From positions 15,790 to 79,789 of the forward strand of contig NZBN01000006.1 in NCBI GenBank assembly GCA_002687935.1: a DNA stretch of 64,000 nucleotides, read 5' to 3'. The position numbers and the translations under genes are program-made. The stretch comes from Methanobacteriota archaeon. Its GTDB lineage: Archaea > Undinarchaeota > Undinarchaeia > Undinarchaeales > Undinarchaeaceae. The notes under the pieces are model-generated. The model ran no database searches and was not told where the DNA came from. It saw only the letters and a list, made by a program, of their open reading frames with translations. Below, one piece after another: positions 55,941-64,000 of the stretch (positions are counted from its first letter, which is position 1; each line of letters opens with the position of its first letter).

Positions 55941-56912
55941 ATGGCTTCAGAAATATACAGCAGACAAGAGTTGATTATCGGAAAAGAAGCTCAGAAAAAA
56001 CTTGAAAAATCGAAAGTCTGCATAGTTGGCGTCGGCGGAACTGGCAGTGCAGTCGCAGAACTCCTCGGTAGGGCAGGTGTAAGTCTTACTCTTATAGACA
56101 GAGATATAGTCGAAAAGAGCAATCTTGGCCGTCAAATACTTTATTCAGAAAAAGACATAGGAAATCTCAAAGCCCTCTCTGCAAGAAAAAATATACTTTC
56201 TGCAAACCCCGTGGTAAAAATAGAAGCAGTAAATGATGAGTTAAACACAGAAAATGCAGAAAAGCTTTTAGGTTCTGACCTAATTATCGACTGCACAGAC
56301 AATATGGCTGCCCGATTTCTGATAAATGAAGTTTCACTCAAAAAGAAAATTCCATGGATATATACTGGAGCAATAAAAAATGAGGGATTAGTTGCAATTT
56401 TCTCAGGAATGGGAAATCCTTGCTTTCGTTGTATGGTTCCACGAGTTCCAAAAGCAGGGAGCCTCGAAATCTGCTCAACATCAGGAGTTCTCGGACCTCT
56501 TCCATCTGTCGTTGGAAGTATTACTGCAAGAAAGACAATAGAAATTTTGCTTGAAGGTCCAGAAAACGGAAGCCTTCTAAAAATAGGAGAGAACTTCGAA
56601 AACCTACAAATCAAAGGGCGTGAATGGTGCGATACATGCCGTAAAGAATTTCCAATACTGGAGGGCAGAGAAAATCTTAACAACTCGATACAGTTCTGCG
56701 GAGCAATTGTTCTAAAAAGTGATATTCCCTTTTCAGAAGCAAAGAAAAGGATAAAGAAAAATTCCAAAATCATCTCATCAAGTAATACTGTAATTGTCAC
56801 AGAATACAAAAAATCAAGAATAATAATTCTAAAAAGCGGAAAAATCATCTTCAGAAATCTCAAAACAAAGAAGGAAGCAAATATTATATATTCAAAACTA
56901 ATTGGTAATTGA
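55941..56912 (+). CDS. ThiF/MoeB/UbaA E1-like activating enzyme
   Basis: YSRQ, GVGGTGS, DRDIVEKSNLGRQ, DCTDN, PCFRC...CSTSGVLG...CDTC; C-terminal extension. Confidence 0.92.
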   Translation: MASEIYSRQELIIGKEAQKKLEKSKVCIVGVGGTGSAVAELLGRAGVSLTLIDRDIVEKSNLGRQILYSEKDIGNLKALSARKNILSANPVVKIEAVNDELNTENAEKLLGSDLIIDCTDNMAARFLINEVSLKKKIPWIYTGAIKNEGLVAIFSGMGNPCFRCMVPRVPKAGSLEICSTSGVLGPLPSVVGSITARKTIEILLEGPENGSLLKIGENFENLQIKGREWCDTCRKEFPILEGRENLNNSIQFCGAIVLKSDIPFSEAKKRIKKNSKIISSSNTVIVTEYKKSRIIILKSGKIIFRNLKTKKEANIIYSKLIGN

Positions 56913-57129
56913 TAAAATGTCAGTATTACTAGACCGTTGGAGAAGAAAGCACATAGTTCTATTTTCTCTTATTATTGGTCTTTCAACTCTCTCCTTTGCC
57001 TGGGGAACCTGGAGGTTAATGGACATTTACTTATTTCCAAGTAGCCCTGAGATCGCTGCCTGGTCCGCAATTTTCCTTGGCTTTTTCATACTCTCAATAA
57101 CTGGTTTTGTTAGCAAGGAATTAATATGA
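56902..57129 (+). CDS. Small two-TM membrane protein
   Basis: 75 aa, overlaps both neighbours as in a coupled operon. Confidence 0.6.
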   Translation: MVIDKMSVLLDRWRRKHIVLFSLIIGLSTLSFAWGTWRLMDIYLFPSSPEIAAWSAIFLGFFILSITGFVSKELI

Positions 57130-57869
57130 AAATAAAGAAAAATGATTTGGTTCTCCTCATTGGAGATCGTGACTATCTTGTTCAGGCAGGCTCAGGGAAA
57201 TTCGGAACCCGTAGAGGTGAAATTGATCTAAAAGAACTTAGCAAAAAGAAATACGGCGATACTGTAAAAACCCACATGGGTCAGGCCTATGTTGCAGTAA
57301 AACCCAGAACTGGCGATATTCTAAAGAAAATAAAAAGAGCGCCCCAAATAATCGGTTTAAAGGACGCCGGCTACATCACAGGCCGAGTCTGCCTTGGAAA
57401 GGACGATGTAGTCCTGGAAGCAGGCTCAGGCTCTGCAGCAATGACCATTTTCATGTCAGGCATTGCAAAAAAAGTTATTTCCTACGAAATTCGAAAAGAC
57501 TTTTATAAAATCGCAAAGGGAAATCTTGAAAGATTCGGAATTAAAAACGTAACAATAAAAAACAAAAGTGCGAACAAAGGCTTCACTGAAAAAAACGCAG
57601 ACTTGGTGCTTCTAGACATGGGTTCTCCTGAACTCGTAATTCCACATATTCCAAAATCCTTAAATCCCGGAGGATACCTAATCGTTTATTCCCCAGTAAT
57701 AGAGCAGATTCAGCGAGTCTATGATTCAATAAACCAGAGCAAGTCCTTCACAATCCCTGAAACTGAAGAAGTAATGATGAGGCGCTGGGACATTGGCGGA
57801 AACAAGACAAGACCAAAGACCCAGATGCTTGGTCACACAGCTTTCCTGACATTTTCCAGACGAATTTAG
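57126..57869 (+). CDS. trmI: tRNA (adenine-57/58-N1)-methyltransferase
   Basis: RAPQIIGLKD, LEAGSGSAAM, YEIRKDF, LLDMGSP and RPKTQMLGHTAFL. Confidence 0.92.
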   Translation: MKIKKNDLVLLIGDRDYLVQAGSGKFGTRRGEIDLKELSKKKYGDTVKTHMGQAYVAVKPRTGDILKKIKRAPQIIGLKDAGYITGRVCLGKDDVVLEAGSGSAAMTIFMSGIAKKVISYEIRKDFYKIAKGNLERFGIKNVTIKNKSANKGFTEKNADLVLLDMGSPELVIPHIPKSLNPGGYLIVYSPVIEQIQRVYDSINQSKSFTIPETEEVMMRRWDIGGNKTRPKTQMLGHTAFLTFSRRI

Positions 57870-57900
57870 AAATCCTTTTAAGCTTTCAATCAAAGAATAA

Positions 57901-58836
57901 TTGGGAGAAATGGCACTAAAAGGAAAAGATATCATAACTCTAAAAGATATCACAAAGGAAGATATAAACTTCATTCTCGAAAACGCAGAAATTTTTGAAG
58001 AGAAATTAAAGAAGGAACCTCTCAAAGTTCTTGAGGGAAAAATACTCGCAACAATTTTTCTTGAGCCTTCAACAAGAACAAGACTTTCCTTCGAAAGTGC
58101 AATGCACAAACTTGGCGGGCGTGTTCTGACAGTTTCAAAAGATGAAATGACCTCTCTCGCAAAAGGAGAAAATCTTTCTGATATGGCAAGAGTAATAGAA
58201 GGCTACTGCGATGTCATAACAATTCGAACTCCTATTGAAGGTGCTCCAAAAATGATTGCTGACAGAGTCAGCGTCCCTGTAATAAATGGAGGCGATGGAG
58301 CCCATGCCCACCCAACTCAGCCCTTCCTTGACTTATACACTATGAAGAAGGAATTCGGAAAGCTCGAAGGTCTAAAAGTCGCAATTATTGGTGATTTGAA
58401 ATACGGAAGAACTGTCCACTCTCTTGTATACGCCCTTGCTATGGTGGGAGTTGAAATGGTCTTCGTATCTCCAGAAGAGCTCAGAATGCCCTCTTCCATA
58501 ACAAAAGTTCTCAAAAATGAATTCGGTATTGAAGTAGAAGAAAAAAGTGAACTTGAAGAAGTTATCCCTGAAGTTGATGTTCTCTATATGACTAGAATCC
58601 AGAGAGAAAGATTTCCCCACGAAAGTGAGTATGAAAAAGTTAGAAATATTTACAGACTAGACAGTAAAATTCTAAAGAATGCAAAAGAGGGAATGAAAAT
58701 ACTACACCCTCTCCCAAGAATAGACGAAATTGCTCCGGAACTCGATGCAACAAAATATGCCTGTTATTTCAGCCAGGCGCACAATGGAGTTCCAGTCCGT
58801 ATGGCAATACTTGCAGGAGTTTTAGGAAAAATATGA
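57901..58836 (+). CDS. pyrB: Aspartate carbamoyltransferase catalytic subunit
   Basis: FLEPSTRTRLSF, HPTQ, GDLKYGRTVHSL, TRIQRER and HPLPR. Confidence 0.98.
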   Translation: MGEMALKGKDIITLKDITKEDINFILENAEIFEEKLKKEPLKVLEGKILATIFLEPSTRTRLSFESAMHKLGGRVLTVSKDEMTSLAKGENLSDMARVIEGYCDVITIRTPIEGAPKMIADRVSVPVINGGDGAHAHPTQPFLDLYTMKKEFGKLEGLKVAIIGDLKYGRTVHSLVYALAMVGVEMVFVSPEELRMPSSITKVLKNEFGIEVEEKSELEEVIPEVDVLYMTRIQRERFPHESEYEKVRNIYRLDSKILKNAKEGMKILHPLPRIDEIAPELDATKYACYFSQAHNGVPVRMAILAGVLGKI

Positions 58837-59297
58837 CTGAAAAAAACGAGCCAAAAGTTAGCAGAATAAAAAACGGAACAGTTCTGGACCATCTAAACGA
58901 AGGTTCTGCACAAAGAATACTTGAAATGATTGGCGTCAACAGTGATTATGGAAACACCGTAATCGTACTGATGGGCTCTATGAGTAAATCGATGGAGAGA
59001 AAAGATGTCATCAAAATCGAGGATAAATTTCTTGAACCTGAAGAAACCAGAATGCTTGCCCTCATTGCACCAAATGCAACAATTAGCATAATTAAAAATT
59101 ATAACATTGCAAGCAAAACAAAAGTTAGTCTTCCAAAAAAATTCATAGGAGTCGGCAAATGCCCGAATCCAAAATGTACTACAAATCAAAATGAGCCAAT
59201 TTCTCCTGTTTTCAATGTTGAAACAAAAACCCCACTTACACTTAGATGTGTTTTCTGCGAAAACGTAGTTAAAAGCTCCGATATATCATCTCATTAA
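58833..59297 (+). CDS. pyrI: Aspartate carbamoyltransferase regulatory subunit
   Basis: IKNGTVLDH, KDVIKIE and Zn site CPNPKC...LRCVFC. Confidence 0.97.
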   Translation: MTEKNEPKVSRIKNGTVLDHLNEGSAQRILEMIGVNSDYGNTVIVLMGSMSKSMERKDVIKIEDKFLEPEETRMLALIAPNATISIIKNYNIASKTKVSLPKKFIGVGKCPNPKCTTNQNEPISPVFNVETKTPLTLRCVFCENVVKSSDISSH

Positions 59298-59410
59298 CCT
59301 GCAAAACAATTCAATTCAAAATAGAAAAGGTCGTCATCAAGCAAAACATTGAAAACAGGGTGGAGTTCTTCTAAAATACTATCTTCTTCAAATTCCACCA
59401 CTTCTTTCAT
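59294..59410 (-). CDS. Possible small acidic protein (38 aa), not in the ORF track
   Basis: MKEVVEFEEDSILEELHPVFNVLLDDDLFYFELNCFAG*; its ATG overlaps the HMGR stop as ATGA. Confidence 0.35.
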   Translation of the reverse strand: MKEVVEFEEDSILEELHPVFNVLLDDDLFYFELNCFAG

Positions 59411-60600
59411 AATTTCTCATTGGGGTCTGAATTATTTAAACCTGACGAAGTGCCCATTTTCTCAGATTCAATTTTTCTTGCATGCAATTTCATATGCCCT
59501 TTCTGAATGCCTTCACTTGTCAGCGCTTTCAGCGCCGCGAAATTCTGACACAACCCGACTGCACCTGCAATCTCAGCCAACTCTGCCGCGGAAGAAATTC
59601 CAAGAACCTTTAAATTTGTCTTCGCAACTGGATGAATTTTTGTTGCTCCTCCTACAATTCCGACGGCCATTGGAACTTCAAGCTCACCGACTAAATCTCC
59701 CTCACTATTTTTACTAAAACTTGTAACAGGAATATAACTTTCTCCCTTTCCTGCATAAGAATGAACTCCTGCCTCAACAGCTCTCGTATCATTTCCTGTT
59801 GCGAGAACAAGAGCGGAAATTCCATTCATCACTCCTTTATTGTGAGTCGATGCTCTGTAAATATCAGTCTTTGCTATCTCTGAAACATCAACTATTGCAT
59901 CAACAATTTCCTCTCCTCCTAGCTCTTCTTTGTCAAAAACAGCCGAGCTCTTCACAAGTCTGTGAACAGCAAGGTTCGAAAGAATTCTCAACACAGCTTT
60001 CCCTCCTGACAACTCTTCGAGAAGAGGTGCAATTCTCTCCGCCATTGTATTAACCGCATTTGCTCCCATGGCATCTCTGCAGTCCACAAGCAGATGAACC
60101 ACCATAGTTTTCCCAAGCTTCCTAATCTCCAAACCCTTTGCACCTCCTCCAAGACTTACTAAAGTGCTGTCACAGGAATTACAAGTTTCAATAATGTTAT
60201 CTTTTTCAGAAAGTATTTTCTCCTCTGCTTCATCTTGATTACTAACTCCTGAAAGATGAATCTGCCCTATCATTACTGGAGTGGTAGCCTCGGATTTAAT
60301 TCCTCCCCTTACACGAGAAATTTTTGCCGCGTTACTAGCTGCAGCAATAACTGACGGTTCTTCTGTCGCCATTGGAATAATGTAATCTTTTCCATTTATC
60401 AGAAAATTTGCGGCAAAACCCAAGGGAATTGGGAATGAACCAACTACATTTTCAACCATCTTATCAGCCTGCTCTGTCGTAAGATAAGATTTTTCAAGAA
60501 ATCTCCGCTCTTCTTCAGAAATCCCTGAAAACTCTGCAATAATATCGAGCCTTTCTTTTGGGCTCAGTTTATAAAAACCCGGAATTCTTGAAGAAGTCAT
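59407..60600 (-). CDS. mvaA: HMG-CoA reductase, class II
   Basis: SSRIPGFYKL, ENVVG, TEEPSVIAAAS, DAMGANAVN, THNKGVMNG and EGIQKGHMKLHA. Confidence 0.95.
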   Translation of the reverse strand: MTSSRIPGFYKLSPKERLDIIAEFSGISEEERRFLEKSYLTTEQADKMVENVVGSFPIPLGFAANFLINGKDYIIPMATEEPSVIAAASNAAKISRVRGGIKSEATTPVMIGQIHLSGVSNQDEAEEKILSEKDNIIETCNSCDSTLVSLGGGAKGLEIRKLGKTMVVHLLVDCRDAMGANAVNTMAERIAPLLEELSGGKAVLRILSNLAVHRLVKSSAVFDKEELGGEEIVDAIVDVSEIAKTDIYRASTHNKGVMNGISALVLATGNDTRAVEAGVHSYAGKGESYIPVTSFSKNSEGDLVGELEVPMAVGIVGGATKIHPVAKTNLKVLGISSAAELAEIAGAVGLCQNFAALKALTSEGIQKGHMKLHARKIESEKMGTSSGLNNSDPNEKL

Positions 60601-60989
60601 TTTCGTGGTCTGAATTTATATCCGTAGCTTATTGCCCCGGCCTTTCCATCTTCAGATATTTTTCGGAAACAAGATTCAACTTCCGCCCCAATATTTACCT
60701 CTCCTTTATGGGCATCAACTATCTGGGCTGTAAGTCTGGGACCTTCCTCGAGCTCAATTATTGCAAGATAGTAGGGAGTTTCATGTTCAAAACCCTCTGC
60801 CGCCGCGTGTATTTTTGTATAGGTCAGTATCTTACCAAATCCACTAAGCTTACTGGCTTCAAAATCAGATTCACCGCAGTCCTTACACCTTTCTCTCCTT
60901 GGAACGTTGATTAAATTACAGCCAGTACATTTTCCACCTGTTAGATTATATCTCACAGGTATCTCTCTCCAGAAGCGTGAAACACTCAT
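60597..60989 (-). CDS. DUF35 Zn-ribbon/OB-fold scaffold protein
   Basis: [14 protein letters not shown]...[12 protein letters not shown] and YGYKFRP; directly after the thiolase. Confidence 0.95.
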   Translation of the reverse strand: MSVSRFWREIPVRYNLTGGKCTGCNLINVPRRERCKDCGESDFEASKLSGFGKILTYTKIHAAAEGFEHETPYYLAIIELEEGPRLTAQIVDAHKGEVNIGAEVESCFRKISEDGKAGAISYGYKFRPRK

Positions 60990-62146
60990 CGTGAAAATAT
61001 ATGGACAGCAGCAGTTCCGCCCGAACCCCCTACATTATGTGTCAAAACATATTCTACATCATCTATCTGCCTTTCTCCTGCTTCTCCCCTAAGTTGAAGT
61101 GAAGCCTCTATCGCCTGTGCGATTCCGGTTGCTCCGACTGGATGACCTTTCGTTTTCAGTCCGCCTGATGTATTTACAGGCATTGAGCCCTTAAGTCCGG
61201 TCTCTCCCTGCTCAGTAAACTTGCCGCCGTCTCCTTTCTCACAGAATCCAAGGTCTTCAATAGCGCAGAGCTCGGCAATCGTAAAACAGTCGTGAACTTC
61301 AGCCGCTCCAATATCCTTTGAAGTAAGTCCAGCCTGCTTATACGCCTGTCTTCCTGCCTCAACTGTTGCATTAAGAGTCGTCAAAGATTTTCTAGAATGA
61401 AGTGAAAGTGTATCAGAAGCCTGCCCTGAACCCGCTATCCACACAGGATTTTCACAGAGCTCCTTTGCTTTCTCTGCACTTGCCAGAACAAGCGCAGCTG
61501 CCCCGTCGCTCACAGGTGAGCAGTCAAAAAGTCTCAAGGGATCAGCCACCATCGGTGATGAAAGAACAGAATCAATTGTTATCTCCTTCTGAAATTGAGC
61601 CTTAGGATTTTTAGAACCATTATAATGATTTTTCACAGAGACACTTGCAAGTTGTTCTTCAGTAGTTCCAAATTCGTGCATATGCCGTCTTGCAATCATT
61701 GCATAAAGTCCCGGAAAAGTTGCACCAAAACCAGCCTCCCACTCCTGGTCAGCCGCAGTTGCAAGAGCGCCTGTAGTCCTCGACGGAAGAACATCTGTCA
61801 TTTTCTCAGCCCCTGCGGCTATAACTACATCGTGCATTCCGGATTTTATAGACATATATGCAGTCCTCAATGCCAGCCCTCCTGAGGCGCAGGCTGCTTC
61901 GACTCTGGTCGCCGGTTGAGGTGTCAGATTAGAATGGTCCATAATCAATGAAGCAAGATGCTCCTGTCCTATAAATTGCCCTGCACTCATATTTCCCCCA
62001 AACAGTGCTCCAACTTCTTCAGACTTGATTCCGGCATCTTCAAGAGCTCCAGCTCCAGCTTCAACGAAAAGCTGTCTGAATGAGCGATCCCACAACTCCC
62101 CAAACTTCGTCATTCCTATTCCAATTATTGCTACTTCCTGACTCAT
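60986..62146 (-). CDS. Acetoacetyl-CoA thiolase (archaeal type)
   Basis: [38 protein letters not shown] and HNVGG. Confidence 0.96.
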   Translation of the reverse strand: MSQEVAIIGIGMTKFGELWDRSFRQLFVEAGAGALEDAGIKSEEVGALFGGNMSAGQFIGQEHLASLIMDHSNLTPQPATRVEAACASGGLALRTAYMSIKSGMHDVVIAAGAEKMTDVLPSRTTGALATAADQEWEAGFGATFPGLYAMIARRHMHEFGTTEEQLASVSVKNHYNGSKNPKAQFQKEITIDSVLSSPMVADPLRLFDCSPVSDGAAALVLASAEKAKELCENPVWIAGSGQASDTLSLHSRKSLTTLNATVEAGRQAYKQAGLTSKDIGAAEVHDCFTIAELCAIEDLGFCEKGDGGKFTEQGETGLKGSMPVNTSGGLKTKGHPVGATGIAQAIEASLQLRGEAGERQIDDVEYVLTHNVGGSGGTAAVHIFSR

Positions 62147-63186
62147 TCTGTCTTTATTTTCCCCCTATATTTTGCATAAGTTGCATAGTCAATGTAGTGC
62201 TTGTGCTCTATCTGAGATTCAACAGATGGTGCATTCTCCCTTACTTCTTTCAGACGTCCTGTTGCCTCCAAAATAAAGCTATCAGAACCTGCTCCAGAGC
62301 CATAGGACGTAAGAAGAATTTTATCTCCTTCTTCAGCTTGATCAAGAACTGCGGCAAGTCCAAGAACACTCGCTCCTGAATAAGTATTTCCTATCCTTTC
62401 AACCAAAAGCGAGGGAGAAACCTGCTCCTCTGTAAATCCAAGTTTCTTCGCTGCAATCCTCGGAAACTTCCCATTAGGTTGGTGAGGAACAAAATACTTG
62501 AAATCCTTAACTTCGTATTCTGAATCTTTGAGAATCTGCTCAGTACAGCTTACAATATGCTTGAAGTATGCCGGTTCTCCTGTGAATCTTCCTCCATGTT
62601 TCGGATAGGACTGACCCGGTCTCCTCCAGAAATCAGGAGTATCCGTCGTAAAAGAAGTGGTGCTTTCAATCTTCGCCAGCAACTTATCCTTTCCAATAAT
62701 AAATGCAGCTCCTCCGGCTGCTGCAGTATATTCAAGAGCATCGCTCGGAGCACCTTGCGAAGTATCAGCTCCTACTGCAAGCCCGTATTCTGCCATTCCT
62801 GAGCCAACAAGTCCCATACAAATCTGCATTCCAGCAGTTCCCGCCTTACATGCAAATTCCAAATCAGCCGCTGTCATAATTGGAGTTGCTTCAATAGCCT
62901 CAGCAACAATTGTAGAGCTTGGCTTTACTGAATAAGGATGCGACTCAGAGCCAACATAAACAGCTCCAATTTTGTCAGGCTCAATATCAGCAAGAGCCAG
63001 TGCATTTCTCGATGCTTCAGTCGCTATCGTTACAGCATCTTCATCAGGTCCCGGAACAGACTTCTCACTAATCATTAAACCTTTCTTAATTGACTCAGGA
63101 TTTGCTCCCCAAACACGGGCTATTTCCTCGGCCTTAATTCTATAATAAGGTATGTAGCTTCCATACCCCACAATTCCCACATCCAT
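62143..63186 (-). CDS. mvaS: HMG-CoA synthase
   Basis: [15 protein letters not shown] (catalytic Cys), [14 protein letters not shown] and SYGSGAGSD. Confidence 0.97.
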   Translation of the reverse strand: MDVGIVGYGSYIPYYRIKAEEIARVWGANPESIKKGLMISEKSVPGPDEDAVTIATEASRNALALADIEPDKIGAVYVGSESHPYSVKPSSTIVAEAIEATPIMTAADLEFACKAGTAGMQICMGLVGSGMAEYGLAVGADTSQGAPSDALEYTAAAGGAAFIIGKDKLLAKIESTTSFTTDTPDFWRRPGQSYPKHGGRFTGEPAYFKHIVSCTEQILKDSEYEVKDFKYFVPHQPNGKFPRIAAKKLGFTEEQVSPSLLVERIGNTYSGASVLGLAAVLDQAEEGDKILLTSYGSGAGSDSFILEATGRLKEVRENAPSVESQIEHKHYIDYATYAKYRGKIKTE

Positions 63187-63259
63187 CGCCTTGAAGGTTA
63201 GTTTATCTTTATTTAAATCTTTGGAGAAACTTTAAGAACACTTAAAGCTAATATGAGTT

Positions 63260-63379
63260 ATGGCATTTCCCTTTGAAAAAAAACTCTGTTGCGTTTGCGA
63301 GAAAAAAACTGCAATGGGCAAGGAATATGATGGTAAGTGGTATTGCTCTATGAAGTGCTATCGCAAAAACAAGGATTGA
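63260..63379 (+). CDS. Small TRASH/YHS-like metal-binding protein (39 aa), not in the ORF track
   Basis: MAFPFEKKLCCVCEKKTAMGKEYDGKWYCSMKCYRKNKD*; CxxC...YCSxxC; upstream TTTAAG/TTAAAG boxes. Confidence 0.65.
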   Translation: MAFPFEKKLCCVCEKKTAMGKEYDGKWYCSMKCYRKNKD

Positions 63380-63382
63380 AGT

Positions 63383-64000
63383 TTAAAGATTAAACAACTT
63401 CTTCTTCAGTTTAACTACATCTGAATTTTCCTCAAAATAAGTTCTTAGCGGTTTCAGATAATCTGACATTGCCCCGGAAACGGCCTTCTTCAAGTCTGCC
63501 GGATGCAAATCTCCCTTCTTGAAAGAATCTTCCAGTTCTTCATAAGTTTTAAAACTCAAATCCCCACCATACTTCTCAGGACGCTCGGCCTTTAGCTTAC
63601 CAAGCCTCGGGAAAATAATATATCTGGCAATCTGAAGAACAGGATTCCCTTCTACATCTTCAGCCGTACAATAAGCCTTGTTCATTTTCTTTTCAATTAC
63701 TTCAGGACTGTCATCTACCATTATCATCGTCTCAGGAAGGGAACTACTCATTTTGTTTCCTGGACCCTTCAGCGAAACTATCAACGGTGTATGGACACAG
63801 GTTGGTGCCTTATACCCGAGTTTCGGTAGTTCCTCTCTCGCAACCATATGGATTTTTCTCTGCTCTATCCCCCCATAGGCAATATCAAGCTTCATATGAG
63901 CTATATCAAGTGACTGCATTAGAGGATAAAACATCTGAGAAACATGGGCGTGCTCAACATCTCTCGCCACCTGCTGCATACTCCTCATCGCCCGATTTAC
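63383..64000 (-). CDS. tyrS: Tyrosyl-tRNA synthetase, 5'-truncated by the window edge
   Basis: YPLMQSLD, GGIEQRKIHMVARE, KMSSS and LHPADLK; frame open to 64000. Confidence 0.96.
   Translation of the reverse strand, partial: VNRAMRSMQQVARDVEHAHVSQMFYPLMQSLDIAHMKLDIAYGGIEQRKIHMVAREELPKLGYKAPTCVHTPLIVSLKGPGNKMSSSLPETMIMVDDSPEVIEKKMNKAYCTAEDVEGNPVLQIARYIIFPRLGKLKAERPEKYGGDLSFKTYEELEDSFKKGDLHPADLKKAVSGAMSDYLKPLRTYFEENSDVVKLKKKLFNL

Noticed and set aside
56141-56863. 240-aa minus-strand ORF, and similar shadow ORFs such as 11740..12201, 5407..5796 and 59349..59717
   Set aside because: Antisense to well-conserved genes, with Ser/Phe/Ile-rich composition typical of reverse-frame artefacts.

Overview
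64 kb of an AT-rich archaeal chromosome with dense, mostly single-copy housekeeping genes. The gene set and protein sequences look DPANN-like, possibly an Undinarchaeota-type lineage that keeps the upper mevalonate pathway; this is inference, not a database result. Left to right: a complete A1AO ATP synthase operon (H-I-K-E-C-F-A-B-D); cdc6/orc1-DP1-DP2 (PolD) beside a replication origin with ORB boxes and an AT-rich unwinding element (~18.9-19.4 kb); DEAD-box helicase, Hef, purB, pepA, surE; a three-gene winged-helix cluster containing an unannotated eL41 gene and flanked by a duplicated ~72-bp element and recurrent TCTCACATTT motifs; serS, UDG, MscS, CBS-ParB, DTD, tRNA-Gln; an HD-YjeF_N fusion; scpA and a short smc; aspS, rnhB; a lysW plus truncated lysX relic before tRNA-iMet; MC1, NAC, DnaG, histone, prepilin peptidase, secDF, trmI, pyrBI; the HMGS-thiolase-DUF35-HMGR operon; and a partial tyrS. 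I saw no CRISPR array, transposase, integrase or intein. Most striking: (1) strand and codon skew flips at the origin, with polarity opposite to the usual bacterial rule; (2) the repeat-flanked wHTH cluster, a candidate DNA-binding or tethering system; (3) a wHTH gene abutting oriC; (4) the lysW(EDWGQ)-lysX relic; (5) a structured RNA candidate upstream of yggU-dnaG; (6) an SMC with half-length arms. All calls are by eye and motif recognition; no searches or computations were run.
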